From assembly GCF_006345805.1 (NCBI RefSeq), contig NC_042998.1, positions 196,726,001 through 196,790,000 on the forward strand: 64,000 nt of DNA, given 5' to 3'. This document shows, one piece after another, positions 1 to 13,412 of the stretch (its first letter is position 1; every line of letters begins with the position of its first letter). The position numbers and the translations under genes were made by a program. The notes under the pieces are model-generated. The model did no database searches. It worked only from the letters and a program-made list of their open reading frames with translations, and was not told where the DNA came from. This DNA comes from Octopus sinensis (Eukaryota).

Positions 1-1725
1 TTCTATTAGAAAGAATACCTTGGCTAAGTAGTCTCAGATACACCACCTGTAAATACAAGTTGAATTCGAATGAAATTTAGATAATCCCGACCTCATTAAA
101 TACCTCCTTGGCTGGGGTTAAATGTCACCACAGAAAGCTGTATCTTAGCAACATTTCGACACAGCCGCACGTAGTTAGCCCTCTTAACTAACCTTGACAC
201 GGCGCAACACTATCTTCAAGTACGCCTCACACACCCGTTCTTCATGACTATAAATCAAAACAAGTCAGCAAACTAGAATTTACAATAAGATAGATCCCTC
301 CATAACACTTCCTACTGTATCTCAGCTGCTTGAATATTCAATGAGAATGCAGGCCTATACGTGATCGCTAGAACAGCCAAATCTACCTTCAAATTGCACA
401 GTACTGTCGTAACTGTTCGCCTGTCCTGTGTATTACATATGTGAAGAGAGTAGAAGAAAGTGTCAATGGCGTAGACTTGTTTAAGGTGGACCTCAAATTG
501 CCAAGAAGTGACCTACACACTTGGCTTCGTGACCTTCCTCTCAGGCACATATAGAGTGAGACGTGCAGGATCCAGTATTGAAACTGCAACGGATGCCGCT
601 GACCCGGTCAGAGTTCTGAGTGGCGCCTTCTGTAGCATGTCCGTCATGAGTAGCCTTCTTCATCCGCTGGTTTCAAGAGTTGAGATCTGTTGTAGTAACT
701 ATCCGCTTGTTCCAGCGTCGGTATCTTTGGGAGTTGGTCACGCTTAGACTGGATCCTCATCCTCGACCTTGCCGCTAAGGGTTGCCCCACCATGAGTTTA
801 GGACTTCTGATGGCATCGCTCTCAGTGTCATTCGTTCACGCAAGCCCCTCCACTACGACAAGGAGCAGCCATTGCATATGATACACAAGATTTATTTCCC
901 TGGTGTCCATGCATCATAAACGATACATACTCTCTCCTTTTTTCTTTCATCAACCACCAGCATGACCTGGGACTTATGAAAGGAAAGCTTAATGTAACTC
1001 AGAACGTATGAAACAAGGGCTAGATGAAAAATTTGAAAACAAGCATCGATATTTTTGGCAACCATAAGAAAATGCTTTGGAAGGCAAAGGGTTTAAACAA
1101 GAACAAGACAACGTTTTCTAATCGTTTCATCCTCGAGGAAGCCTTAAAATACATTCCATGCAGTGACGGCTCGTGTACAGGTACAGCGGGACTGCAGCAA
1201 CCCTTATTTCCACTCGATATTTTCGATAACATTCAATATAATGAGTCCTTTTTTCTTTAATTCTTTCTTTATATTTGTACATTATATAATCCTTAAGCTT
1301 AACGTCAGTAGCTATTCCCTAGTTTATGAAGAAAATACAGAAATCCTTGTATAGAACTGTCCGCTTCACAGTTTCAGCGACGCGGTGTTTGCCTGTTGTG
1401 AACATGCTCTATGTCCGAGATAGGAAGCTTCACGCTAGGGAGAGAGAGCACTGTTGTTCACGCAGTGCCGGTGAAAGGTAGTGTTTGTTTTTTAGTCCGC
1501 GTGTGTTGTGCTTAAAAACGTGTTTATATTCTTGAAGGTGATGAATAGATTATTATCCTGCTTCCAGCTTCAGTGTTGCTGCCAGTATTTGAAAAATAGG
1601 GCAGATCTTCCCCACATATTTTGTGATTTAGGGGAGAATTTTGAAAAACAATGGGGGAATTCGCGGCGGTGTTCAGTAAACAAATTAAACACACTACCCC
1701 GTAGATGCTAAAACGCGAACTGATC
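1..1725 (-). repeat. Unclassified interspersed repeat of at least 1.7 kb, inverted copy of 10360-12051; probably continues left of the window
   Basis: The reverse complement of 1-1725 aligns colinearly with 10360-12051 (TTCTATTAGAAAGAATACC at 1 vs GGTATTCTTTGCAATAGAA ending at 12051; CGCGAACTGATC ending at 1725 vs GATCGGTTCGCG at 10360). Roughly 88-95% identity by eye. Confidence 0.9.
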
Positions 1726-1730
1726 AAGTC

Positions 1731-2200
1731 AATATCTATAAAGCTGAAATGCGAAAAAGTTGTTTGTCTTATTTTCGGACGGGAACGGTTAAGGGGCGGT
1801 AGATGGGGTCGGATTTGCGCCAAAATTTACAGGGACATGTAAAAATAGGCGAGGAAGCAACTGGACTAGGTTAGAAACCCCCATCTCAAAAGCTGTGGTT
1901 ACTAGGGCAACAAAACCCAAACTAGACAAATGTTTGTCGTTTCTCACTTTTTGATATCACACTGTCTTCCTCGATCTCTCTCTTTCCTTCCTTCCCTCTA
2001 ATTTCTCTCTATAACGACGTTTGATACCTTCCACTCGTATTCCCTCTCCGCCTTCGCTGTCTCTCTGTCACTCTTTCTCCCATCACCGCCTCTCTCACTG
2101 TACGTCTATTTGTATCTATAGAGAGAAAGCGTTGACAGCCGCAAAAGTTTAAATATTCCTGCCACAGGTCTCTTAGAACGGTGAATTATTATCGCCCACC
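1731..2200 (+). mobile_element. Helitron-like non-autonomous fragment (5' end TATCTATAAAGCTGAAATGCG); second 5' copy at ~2345-2450
   Basis: The start motif resembles the TCTATATATAAAGCTG 5' end of the Helitron copies at 20773 and 62261, and the first ~100 bp recur at 2345. No clear CTAG 3' end. Confidence 0.4.
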
Positions 2201-2251
2201 ACCACCGCACAATCCCAACAGGTATTATTAATCAGATACATTGTGTCAATT

Positions 2252-2284
<33 letters not shown>

Positions 2285-2889
2285 ATATAAATATATATAT
2301 ATAATGTGTATACATATATATGTGTGTATATATATAATCATCAATATCTATAAAGCTGAAATGCGAAAAAGTTGTTTGATTTCTTGGTTATTTGTCTCAT
2401 TTTGGGATGGGAACGGTTTAATGGCGGTAGATGGGGGTCTTCATTTCCACACACGCCAGCTGAATTCAATTCGACCCCAGTCGAAAGACACCCGTTGTTA
2501 TGTCCTGTTATTATTATTATTATTATCATTATTATTATTATTATTATTATTATTGTATTTTGTATTTATATTCGTGTTTTTCCGTCCTTGTTTTCGTACA
2601 AATTCGATGCTTTCTTCCAAGGAATCTAATGCTCTTAGCTTACTTTTTCCTTGGGGCTGGCCAGATTGGAGCAATCTCAAGATTAATCAGCCGAAATTGC
2701 GAGGATGATCCGGTTCTTGACAGAGGATAAAAGGCTTCGAATGACCTGTCCTTGTTTTCTTAGTATCGTCTATCTGGATGTTTTGTTGTCCCTTTTTGTA
2801 TCACCTAGTTGTCCGGATGTTTTGCGTTCTTGTCCCATTTTGTAATTTATATATATATATCACCTGTCTTCGTCTTATGTTTTTTTTTC

Positions 2890-3110
2890 GTATGTATGTA
2901 TGTATGTATGTATGTATGTATATATGTATGTATGTATGCATGTATGTATGTATGTATGTATGTATGTATGTATGTATGTATGTATGTATGTATGTATGTA
3001 TACGTGTATGTATGTATGTATGTATGTCTGTCCATCCGTGTATGTATGTATGTATGTATGTATGTATGTATGTATACGTGTATGTATGTATGTATGTATG
3101 TATGTACATG
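2890..3110. repeat. (TATG)n microsatellite
   Basis: Direct reading. Confidence 0.95.
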
Positions 3111-3564
3111 CATATAAAGATCGATTGATGAACAGGTGTCCCAGTGCACTCCGGTGTCCTTCTTAACAATGTTAATATATATTGTCTTCAGTATCATCAA
3201 TTCATCCTGCTTCTAAAGTATACTTTCTCCCTTTCTGTCACAACAGGTTAATGAATCCTGATTTATAGCAGGTACAATGATAGATAAAATTACATAGACA
3301 CACATACACACACGCAGGCACTCACACACACACACTCACACTCACACGAATATAAAACATTGGCTTATTGCCAGTTTGAACCTGGTAACAAATGTTTATA
3401 GTTACCTGATTACTTGACAACCGTTAAAGAACGGTTGCTTTGGTAAAATGTCACATTGAATTAAAGTATTCTATTAAAGCAACATCAAAGAACATTTTAT
3501 ATATAAGTGGATATGTAATTACATTAATTGTGGAAATTAATTATCGATTTTAAAATAGGACACA

Positions 3565-4258
3565 AAGGCAGCGAGTTGGCCGAATCGTCAGCACGCTGGG
3601 AAAAATACTAAGCGGCTCTCAAAACTCCCTCATCTTTACGCTTTGCGTTCAAATTCTGGCAAGGTCGTCTTCATCTTTTATCGTTCCGGAGTCGATAAAA
3701 TAAGTACCTGTAGAGTACTGGGGTCGATATAGTCGACTTAACCTCCCACCCCAAATTACTGACCTTGTCCCAAAATTTGAAATGAATATTAAAATAAGAC
3801 ATTTATGCCAGAGAGCTAGTAGAATCGTTAGCGCGCCGGGCGAAATGTTTAACAGTATTTTGTCTGCCTTTACGTTCTGAGTTCAAACTCCGCCGAGGTC
3901 GACTTTGCTATTCATCCTTTCGGGGTCGATGAAATGAGTACCAGTTACGCACTGGTGTCGATATAATCGACTAGTCCACCCCCAACAAAAAATTTTTTTC
4001 AAGGTCTTGTTCCTAGAGTAGAAATAATTACTAAGAAGGCGGCGAGCTGGCAGAATCGCTAGCACGCCGGGCGAAATGCTTAAGCGGTATTTCGTCTACC
4101 GCAAAGTTCTGAGTTTAAGTTCCGCTCCGCTGGGGTCGGATTTACCTTTCATCCTTTTGGAGTCGATAAAATAGGTACCAGTTAAACACTGGGGTCCATG
4201 CAATCGACATACTCCCTCGCACGAATTTCCTGGCTTCGTGCCAAAATTTGAAATCAAT
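3565..4258 (+). mobile_element. Three tandem copies of SINE family A (3565-3790, 3808-4006, 4036-4258)
   Basis: Repeated unit AAGGCGGCGAGCTGGCAGAATCG...GAGTTCAAATTC...GTCGACTTTGC...GTCGATAAAATAAGTACC with A/B-box-like motifs. Confidence 0.85.
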
Positions 4259-4495
4259 AATAAAATAAGACAATGTAAACTTGTTTCTATGGATGTCTAT
4301 GTGTCTGGTGAAGAAGATTTTGGACGAAATATAATCAACATGGATGCTATTCTTTTATTTAAAAAAAAAGGTAAGATAATATCCCAGCTTTTTTTCAGAA
4401 GGCTGATTGTTCTACCCTATCCAGGGTATAGCAAGATCAAAAGCCATAAATTTCAGTTGATTGTTGAAGTTAATTAATTAAGGCGGTCGTGTATA

Positions 4496-4691
4496 CAGTA
4501 ATCCCTCACCACATCGCGGTTCACCTATCGCGCACTCAGTTTTCTGACGAATATATGTAAATTTATATCGCGGACTCCTCAGTATATCGCGTGTTTCTAC
4601 GGTCGATAGGTATTTATATTTTTTTTTAGATTTGAATTATTTCTGTGGGAGGTTTTGCAAAGTAACACCCGCGATAGTCGAGGGATTACTG
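4496..4691. mobile_element. 196-bp MITE, Tc1/mariner-pogo (Tigger-like) type
   Basis: TIRs CAGTAATCCCTC...ATCGCGG / CCGCGAT...GAGGGATTACTG, with TA on both flanks (4494-4495, 4692-4693). Confidence 0.85.
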
Positions 4692-5256
4692 TATTTTTTT
4701 TGAAAGAACGCGCTTTAGGATTTACCTTGAACTAAATAAAAACACCACCACCACCAACAACAACAACAACAACACATAGCTTTATGATTTATTGCCGGAT
4801 CGAAATATCGAGTTTGGTTTGATAAAACAACAAATTAAGTAATGTATTTTGCCATGCATAGCATAATTGTCCCGTTACTTGTTTCCTTCTTGTTATGTAA
4901 TCATCACAACAAACATGACCAATCAACGTTGCCCATTGTCTCCCTTGATACAAGGACATTCAGTAAGTTTCCCGCCACAACAAATACCTTGTACAACAAC
5001 GGCAGTCTAATAAAGTATCTCGTATCGTTAACACGTTTTTTCAGTCTCTCTCATTTTCTTAATCTTTCATACTAAGTACTCACTACTTCCTTTAATACTC
5101 AACACATTATATATATATAACAACAACTCTTCTTAGCCTCTTCTCTCTCGCCATCTCTCTTTCATGCACACAATAAATGCACTTCAATTCACTTGAGGTC
5201 ATCTAAATTAAAATAGCTCAAGGAAAAGTAATTGAGGGTCAATAGATCGTTATTAC

Positions 5257-5654
5257 CAAGGCGGCGAGCTGGCAGAAACGTTAGCAGGCCGGGCGAAATG
5301 CTGAGCGGTATTTCGTCAGCCGCTACGTTCTGAGTTCAAATTCTGCCGAGGTCGACTTTGCCTTTTATTCTTTCGGGATCGATAAATTAAGTACCAGTTA
5401 CGCACTGGGGTCGATATAATCGACTTCATCCGACTGTCTGTCCTTGTTTGTATCCTCTGTGTTTAGCCCCTTGTGGGTAGTAAAGAAATAGGTATTTCGT
5501 CTGCCGTTACGTTCTGAGTTCAAATTCCGCCGAGGTCGACTTTGCCTTTCATCCTTTCGGGGTCGATAAATTAAGTACAGTTGCATACTGGAGTCGATCT
5601 AATTGACTGGTCCCCTTCCCCAAAATTTCGGGCCTTGTGCCTAGAGTAGAAAAG
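5257..5654 (+). mobile_element. SINE family A with internally duplicated core
   Basis: Same head as 4036; the segment GGTATTTCGTC...GTCGACTTTGCC...GATAAATTAAGTAC occurs twice. Confidence 0.85.
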
Positions 5655-6574
5655 AATAGTCCGTTATTACTTTGAGCAATGGCAAAAATCAAAATTACGT
5701 TCCAAATGCTCCCACAGAAATTTTGATTTTGACGGAGTATAGTGTTGAAGTGAGGATAGATTATTTTGGTAAGAACAGGAAGTAGATAAGGAAGTAATTG
5801 CAACGTGTAATATATATAAGCTTGTAGTTCCCTTTCTCCCTTGGATTAAGTGAATGCACTTGACAATGTGCTACTGAAGTGCTTGACCATTCAAAATATT
5901 CCGCAAATGTGTTACTTGCTCTGTTAAAGCATGTTCCTCTATAGTTGAATAAATATATCTGCAATCTCGTAAAGTACATTTATGTTAGCTGAAAATATCC
6001 AGAAATTTATCGTTGACCACGAAGCGTTTGTTGGTCTAAGACATAAAACATCTTATTAACTCGTATATAAGATGCACTATTTTCTACTTGGGTTTAAATG
6101 AGAAAAAATTCGCTCTCTTTCTCAAATCTGGCTGGTCTTGTACTACATAAACTCAGGCAGTCCCATCTCACTCGACTTTCCTTCCTTCGTCAGCGTATTG
6201 TGTCCATCCAACAAAGCTCCGTACAGATCACTGTCTCCAATTCTTCTCCAGATGTTGATCCTCTCGAATTCCCTTCCTGCACGTATTTTTCCGACAACCG
6301 TTCATTTGCAACAGTTCAAGTCAAAGACTAATGGCATTAATTAGTGGTCTTTAATCGCAGCCAACCACATACTCGGTCGAAAATTCGTAGCCTCTGATAT
6401 AGGAAAAAGTGAATAAGACTTTCACTAATGTTGCGAACAGCTACACGGCTGAATAAAAATCCACGATACGCAATTTATCCTGTACTGACATCTTTTATGA
6501 ACGTGCTGTGTTAAAAACATAATAAATATCCGAGTGAAATAGACCAGCAGAAACCAACGAACCCCCCCACCCCC

Positions 6575-6817
6575 AGATGCGTATGTTTGTATGGATGTAT
6601 GTGCGCGAGTGTGTGCCTGTGTTTGTGTCCCCCACTCTTCATACCGCCTGACAGCCGGTGTTACTTTGTTTACGTCTGCATAAGTTAGCAGTTCGGCAAA
6701 AAGATGGATAGAACAAGTATTAGACTAAAAAACTTAAGTACTGGGGTCGACTTGTTTGAGTAAAGCTTTCAAAGCGGTGCCCCAGCATGGCTTCAGTCCA
6801 ATGATTCGAACAAGTCG
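6575..6817 (+). mobile_element. SINE family B, 3' half (degenerate)
   Basis: GTTCGGCAAAAAGA..GATAGAA.AAGTA..AG.C...GGGGTCGACTTGTTTGA...GGTGCCCCAGCATGG, as in the full copies at 42757 and 55197. Confidence 0.75.
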
Positions 6818-6833
6818 TATGTGTGTGTGTATG

Positions 6834-6864
<31 letters not shown>

Positions 6865-8402
6865 GGATGTATGTATGTATGTATGTATGTATGTATGTGT
6901 GTATGTATGTATGCATGTATGTGTGTATGTATGTATGTATGTGTGTATGTATGTATGTATGTGTGTGTGTATGTATGTATGTATGTATGTATGTATGTTT
7001 GTATGTATGTATGTATGTATGTATGTATGAATGTATGTTTGTATGTATGTATGCATGTATGTGTGTATGTATGTATGTATGTATGTTTGTATGTATGTAT
7101 GTATGTATGTATGTATGTGTGTGTGTATGTATGTATGAATGTATGTATGTATGTATGTATGTATGTATGTATGTTTGTATGTATGTATGTATGTTTGTAT
7201 GTATGTATTATGTATGTGTGTATGTATGTATGTATGTATGTATGTATGTATGTTTGTATGTATGTATGTATGTTTGTATGTATGTATGTATGTTTGTATG
7301 TATGAATGTATGTTTGTATGTATGAATGTATGTTTGTATGTATGTATGTATGTTTGTATGTATGTATGTATGTTTGTATGTATGTATGTATGTATGTATG
7401 AATGTTGTTGTATGTATGTTTTTTATGTATGTATGTATGTAGTATGTATGTATGTATGTATGTATGTATGTATGTATGTATGTTTGTAGTATGTATGTAT
7501 GATGTATGTATGAATGTATGTTTGTATGTATGTATGTATGTATGTATGTATGTATGTTTGTAATGTATGATGATGTTTGTCTGTATGTATGTTGTATGTA
7601 TGTATGTATGTATGTATGTATGTATGTATGAATGTATGTGTTGTATGTATGTATGTATGTATGTATGAATGTATGTTTGTATGTATGTATGTATGTTTGT
7701 ATGTATGTATGTTTGTATGTATGTATGTATGTTTGTATGTATGTATGTATGTTTGTATGTATGAATGTATGTATGTATGTGTATGTATGTATGTATGAAT
7801 GTATGTTTGTATGTATGTATGAATGTATGTTTGTATGTTTGTATGTATGTATGTATGTATGTATGTATGTATGTATGTATGTATGTTTGTATGTATGTAT
7901 GTATGTTTGTATGTATGTATGTATGTATGTATGTATGTATGTATGTATGTATGTATGTATGTATGTATGTATGAATGTATGTTGTATGTATGTATGTATG
8001 TATGTATGTATGTATGTATGTTTGTATGTATGTATGTATGTATGTGTATGTATGTATGTTTGTATGTATGTATGTATGTATGTATGAATGTATGTATGTA
8101 TGTATGTATGTAGTATGTATGTATGTATGTATGTATGAATGTATGTTTGTAGTATGTATGTATGTATGTATGTATGTATGAATGTATGTTGGTATGTATG
8201 TATGTATGTTGTATGTATGTTATGTATGTTTGTATGTATGTATGTATGTTTGTATGTATGAATGTAGTTTGTATGTTGAATGTATGTTTGTATGTATGTA
8301 TGTATGTTTGTATGTATGTATGTATGTTTGTATGTATGTATGTATGTATGTATGAATGTATGTTTGTATGTATGTATGTATGTTTGTATGTATGTATGTA
8401 TG

Positions 8403-8433
<31 letters not shown>

Positions 8434-10100
8434 TTGTATGTATGTATGTATGTATGTATGTATGAATGTATGTTTGTATGTATGTATGTATGTATGTATG
8501 AATGTATGTTTGTATGTATGTATGTATGTTTGTATGTATTATGTTTGTATGTATGTATGTATGTATGTATGTACGTATGTATGAATGTATGTTTGTATGT
8601 ATGTATGTATGTATGTATGTATGAATGTATGTTTGTATGTATGTATGTATGTTTGTATGTATGTATGTTTGTATGTATGTATGTATGTTTGTATGTATGT
8701 ATGTATGTTTGTATGTATGTATGTATGTATGTATGTATGTTTGTATGTATGTATGTATGTATGTATGTATGAATGTATGTTTGTATGTATGTATGTATGT
8801 TTGTATGTATGTATGTATGTTTGTATGTATGTATGTTTGTATGTATGTATGTATGTATGTATGTATGTATGTATGTGTGTATGTATGTATGTATGTAGGT
8901 ATGTAGGTATGTATGTCTGTATGTATGCATGTATGTGTGTATGTATGTATGTGTGTGTGTATGTGTGTATGTATGTATGTATGTGTGTATGTGTGTATGT
9001 GTGTGTGTATGTGTGTATGTATGTATGTATGTATGTGTGTATGTATGTATGTATGTATGTATGTATGTATGTATGTGTGTATGTATGTATGTATGTGTAT
9101 GTATGTATGTATGTATGCATGTATGTGTGTATGTATGTATGTATGTATGTATGTATGTATGTATGTATGTATGTGTATGTGTATGTTGTATGTATGTATG
9201 TGTATGTATGTATGTATGTATGCATGTATGTGTGTATGTATGTATGTATGTATGTATGTATGTATGTATGTATGTATGTGTGTATGTATGTATGTATGTG
9301 TATGTATGTATGTATGTATGCATGTATGTGTGTATGTATGTATGTATGTATGTATGTATGTAGTATGTATGTATGTATGTATGTATGTATGTGTGTATGT
9401 ATGTATGTATGTGTATGTATGTATGTATGTATGCATGTATGTGTGTATGTATGTATGTATGTGTGTGTTGTATGTATGTATGTATGTATGTATGTGTGTG
9501 TGTATGTATGTATGTATGCATGTATGTATGTGTGTATGTATGTATGTGTGTATGTATGTATGTGTGTGTGTATGTATGTATGTATGCATGTATGTATGTA
9601 TGTGTGTATGTATGTATGTGTGTATGTATGTATGTGTGTGTGTATGTATGTATGTGTGTGTATGTATGTATGTATGTATGTATGTATGTATGTATGTGTG
9701 TATGTATGTATGTGTGTGTATGTATGTATGTATGTATGTATGTATGTATGTATGTGTGTATGTATGTATGTATGTGTGTGTGTATGTATGTATGTGTGTG
9801 TATGTATGTATGTATGTATGTATGTTGTATGTATGTCTGTGTGTGTGTATGTATGTTTGTGTGTATGTATGTATGTATGTATGTATGTGTATGTATGTAT
9901 GTGTGTGTGTATGTATGTATGTATGTGTGTGTGTATGTATGTATGTATGTATGTATGTGTATGTATGTATGTGTGTGTGTATGTATGTATGTATGTATGT
10001 GTGTGTGTATGTATGTATGCATGCATGTATGTATGTATGTACGTACGTATGTATGTATGCATGTGTGTATGTATGCATGCATGCATGCATGTATGTATGT
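6818..10100. repeat. 3.3-kb degenerate (TATG)n array with TTTG/GAATG/TGTG/CATG variants
   Basis: Direct reading; it is the source of the spurious MYVC/HTYI ORFs. Confidence 0.98.
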
Positions 10101-10359
10101 GGTATTTGAAGTGTTTAGTACTAACAGACATTTCTAAGAGTTATATGTTTTGCTAAACTATTATGAAATTTAACTCAATGAAAGAGATTAAGAAATATAT
10201 TAAGTAATTCGAATGTAGGGATTTCCTGAGACATGGAATCAGTGGTGGTTCGTGTTTAATTTAATTACTGGGAGTGCTGCATCAGAAAAGTTTTAGCCGT
10301 TGTTTTAATACTGTGTAAAAGGAAACAAGCATATAAAAAGAATATTTATACATAAACTC

Positions 10360-12051
10360 GATCGGTTCGCGTTTTAGCCACTGCCGGACAAGTGTGTTTA
10401 ATTTGTTCACTGAACACCGCCGCGAATACCCCCATTATTTTTCAAAATCCCTCCCTAAGTGGGGAAAATCTGCCCTATTTTTCAAATACTGGCAACAACA
10501 CTGAAGCTGGAAGCAGGATAATAATCTATTCATCATCTTCAAGAATATAAACACGTTTTTAAGCACAAGACACGCGGACTCAAAAAGAAGCACTACCTTT
10601 CACCGGCACTGCGTGAACAACAGTGCTCTCACTCCCTAGCGTGAAGCTTCCTATCTCGGATACAGAGCATGTACACAACAGCCAAACACCGCGTCGCTGA
10701 AACTTTGACGCGCATAGTTCTATACAAGGATTTCTGTATTTTCTTCATAAACTAGGAAATGGCTATTGGCATTAAGCTTAGGGATTAAATGATGTACAAA
10801 TATAAAGAAAGAATTAAAGTAAAAAAGGACACATTATATTGAATGTTATCGATAATATCGATAGGAAATAGTGGGCGCTGCAGTTCCGCAGAGCCTGTAC
10901 ACGAGCCATCACTGCATGGAATGTATTTTAAGGCTTCCTCAAGGCTGAAAAGATTAGAAAACGTTGTCTTGTCCTTGTTTAAATCTTTTGCCTATCCAAA
11001 GCATTTTCCTAAGTTTGTCCCAAATATCGATGCTTGTTTTCAAATTTTTAGCTAGCTCTTGTTTAATACGTTCTGATTTATATTAAGCTTTCCTTTCATA
11101 AGTCCCAGGTCATGCTGGTGGTTGAGAGAGTATGTATCGTTTATGATGCATGGACACCAGGGAAATAAATCTTGTGTATCATATGCAATGGCTGCTCGTT
11201 GTCGTAGTGGAGGGGCTTGCGTGAATTAATGACTCTGAGAGCGATGCCATCACAAGGTCTCAACTCATGGTCGGGCCACCCTTGGCGGCAAGGTCGAGGA
11301 TGAGGATCCAGTCTAAGCGTGACCAACTCCCAAAGATATCAACGCTGGAACAAGCGGATAATGACTACAACAGATATGAACTCTTGAACCAGCGAATGAA
11401 GAAGGCTACGCATGACGGACATGCTACAGAAGGCGCCACTCAAATCTCTGACCTGGTCAGCGGCAGTCCGTTGCAGTTTCAATACTGGATCCTGCACGTC
11501 TCACTCTATATGTGCCTGAGAGGAGATGTCATGAAAGCAAGTGTGTAGGTCACTTCTTGGCAATTTGAGGTCCACCTTAAACAAGTCCACGCCATTGACA
11601 CTTTCTTCTACTCTTTTTACAAAGGACAGGCAAACAGTTACGACTGTACTGTGCAATTTGAAGGTAGATTTGGCTGTTCTAGCGATCACGTATAGGCCTG
11701 CATTCTCATTGAATATTCAAGCAGCTGAGATAGAGTAGGAAGTGTTATGGAGAGATGTATTTAATTGTAAATTCAAGTTTGCTGACTTGTTTTGATTTAT
11801 AGTCATGAAGAACGGGTGTGTGAGGCGTACTTGAAGATACAGTGTTGCGCCGTGTCAAGGTTAATTAAGAGGGCTAACTACGTGCGGCTGTGTCAAAATG
11901 TTGCTAAGATACAGCTTTCTGTGGTGACATTTAACCCCAGCCAAGGAGGTATTTAATGAGGTCGGAATTATCTAAATTTCATTCGAATTCAACTTGTATT
12001 TACAGGTGGTGTATCTGAGACTACTTGGCCAAGGTATTCTTTGCAATAGAA
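10360..12051 (+). repeat. Second copy of the 1.7-kb repeat; contains an RTE-type 5'UTR-like module at ~11195-11330
   Basis: Inverted match to 1-1725. The motif TTGTCGTAGTGGAGGGGCTTGCGTG...AATGACTCTGAGAGCGATGCC resembles RTE/Rex3-type 5' UTRs (from recall). Confidence 0.85.
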
Positions 12052-12208
12052 CTCTAATCCTCTACTCGGCTCGGCTCTTGTCTTCTTCAGTTATTACAGA
12101 CACACTATTGCATTATATCTCTGTGTGTCTGCGTGTGTAACTACGCACGTTTCCTCCTCTCACGTACACATACATGTAAGTGAAGTGTGTGTGTGTTGTG
12201 TTGTGTGT

Positions 12209-12242
<34 letters not shown>

Positions 12243-12324
12243 TATGTGTATATATATATATATCCTTCCTGCCTCCATGCGTATACATAGAAGCTAGAAG
12301 GATACATTACTGTATGTATACATG

Positions 12325-12405
<81 letters not shown>

Positions 12406-12524
12406 TATACATATATATACATATATATACATATATATACATATATACACACATATATACATGCGTGTGTATGCGTGTAAGCCGGTATGTATGTATGTGC
12501 GCATTTGTACTTTGCTGCTGCTTT

Positions 12525-13406
12525 AACTCATGCTTTTGCTAAGGTTAGCTCTCTAGGAATATATTTCAGGTATCGATCTTCTGGCCACTTCTTTAATCTG
12601 CGTCGATTTGCTGCCAATTCAAAAGTTTCTCAGTCTCTTATTCGCGACCCCTTTTATGCAGATGAATATGACTTAGTCACTCATACAGTGAATGACATGC
12701 AAATACTTATGGATCGTATTTCTCCCTTTTGCAAGGCATTTGGACTCAGCATTACCCTGGACAAGACTGTTGTAATGTTCCAGTCTGCACCAGGAAATCC
12801 GTACGTGGAACCAGCTGTCTTGGTTGAAGGAACAATACTGAAAATGGTAGACAAGATTGTCTACCTGGGCAGCACACAAGCCATTCTTGCTCCCTGGATG
12901 ATGAAATATCTTTCAGGCTGCAGAGAGCAACTGATTCCTTCCGGTCTCTTCAGTCTCGTGTCTGGTCCCAGCATGGCATCACAAAGCAAACAAAAATTAC
13001 TGTGTACCGTACATGTGTACTGACATCGCTCCTTCACTCATGCGAGACATAGATCCTTTATAAACGTCATGTAAGGGTCCTTGAACGCTTTCAACAGAGA
13101 TGACTGAGACACATTCTGAATGCTGACTGGACCTTAAAAACTCCACAGGTCCTGAGGAAATCTGATATCTTGAGTATTGAGGTGAAGATGCACAAACGCC
13201 AGTTACGTTGGACTGGACACAGAACGAAGGATAGCAGGATCCCTAAACTGATGCTATATGGGGAACTATTATTGGAAGGAGACCTCAGCAGAAACCAAGG
13301 CTGAGATTTAAGGACTGTGTCAAGTCCTCATCAAAGGCCTGTGATATGCAGGAGACCGAATGCGAGAGCAATGCCTGTCATCGCCACAGATGGAGGTGTA
13401 GGGTTA
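12525..13406 (+). pseudogene. RTE-clade LINE reverse-transcriptase C-terminal fragment, frameshifted
   Basis: ORF 12487-13023 reads GIYFRYRSSGHFFNLRR...YADEYDL...FCKAFGLSITLDKTVVMFQ...KIVYLGS. Downstream frames give RQLRWTGH, RIPKLMLYGEL and PRLRFKDCVK, all typical of RTE/BovB-like RT. Confidence 0.9.
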
Positions 13407-13412
13407 AACGAC

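Noticed and set aside
2700-2760. GACAGAGGA...TTCGAATGACCTGTC as a hammerhead or PLE end
   Set aside because: Core nucleotides do not match and no stem I pairing can be formed.
7208-10156. Long ORFs (960, 620, 530, 523 aa) and many similar MYVC/HTYI ORFs across the window
   Set aside because: They are translations of TATG/TACA/TA microsatellites that lack stop codons; there is no real protein signal.
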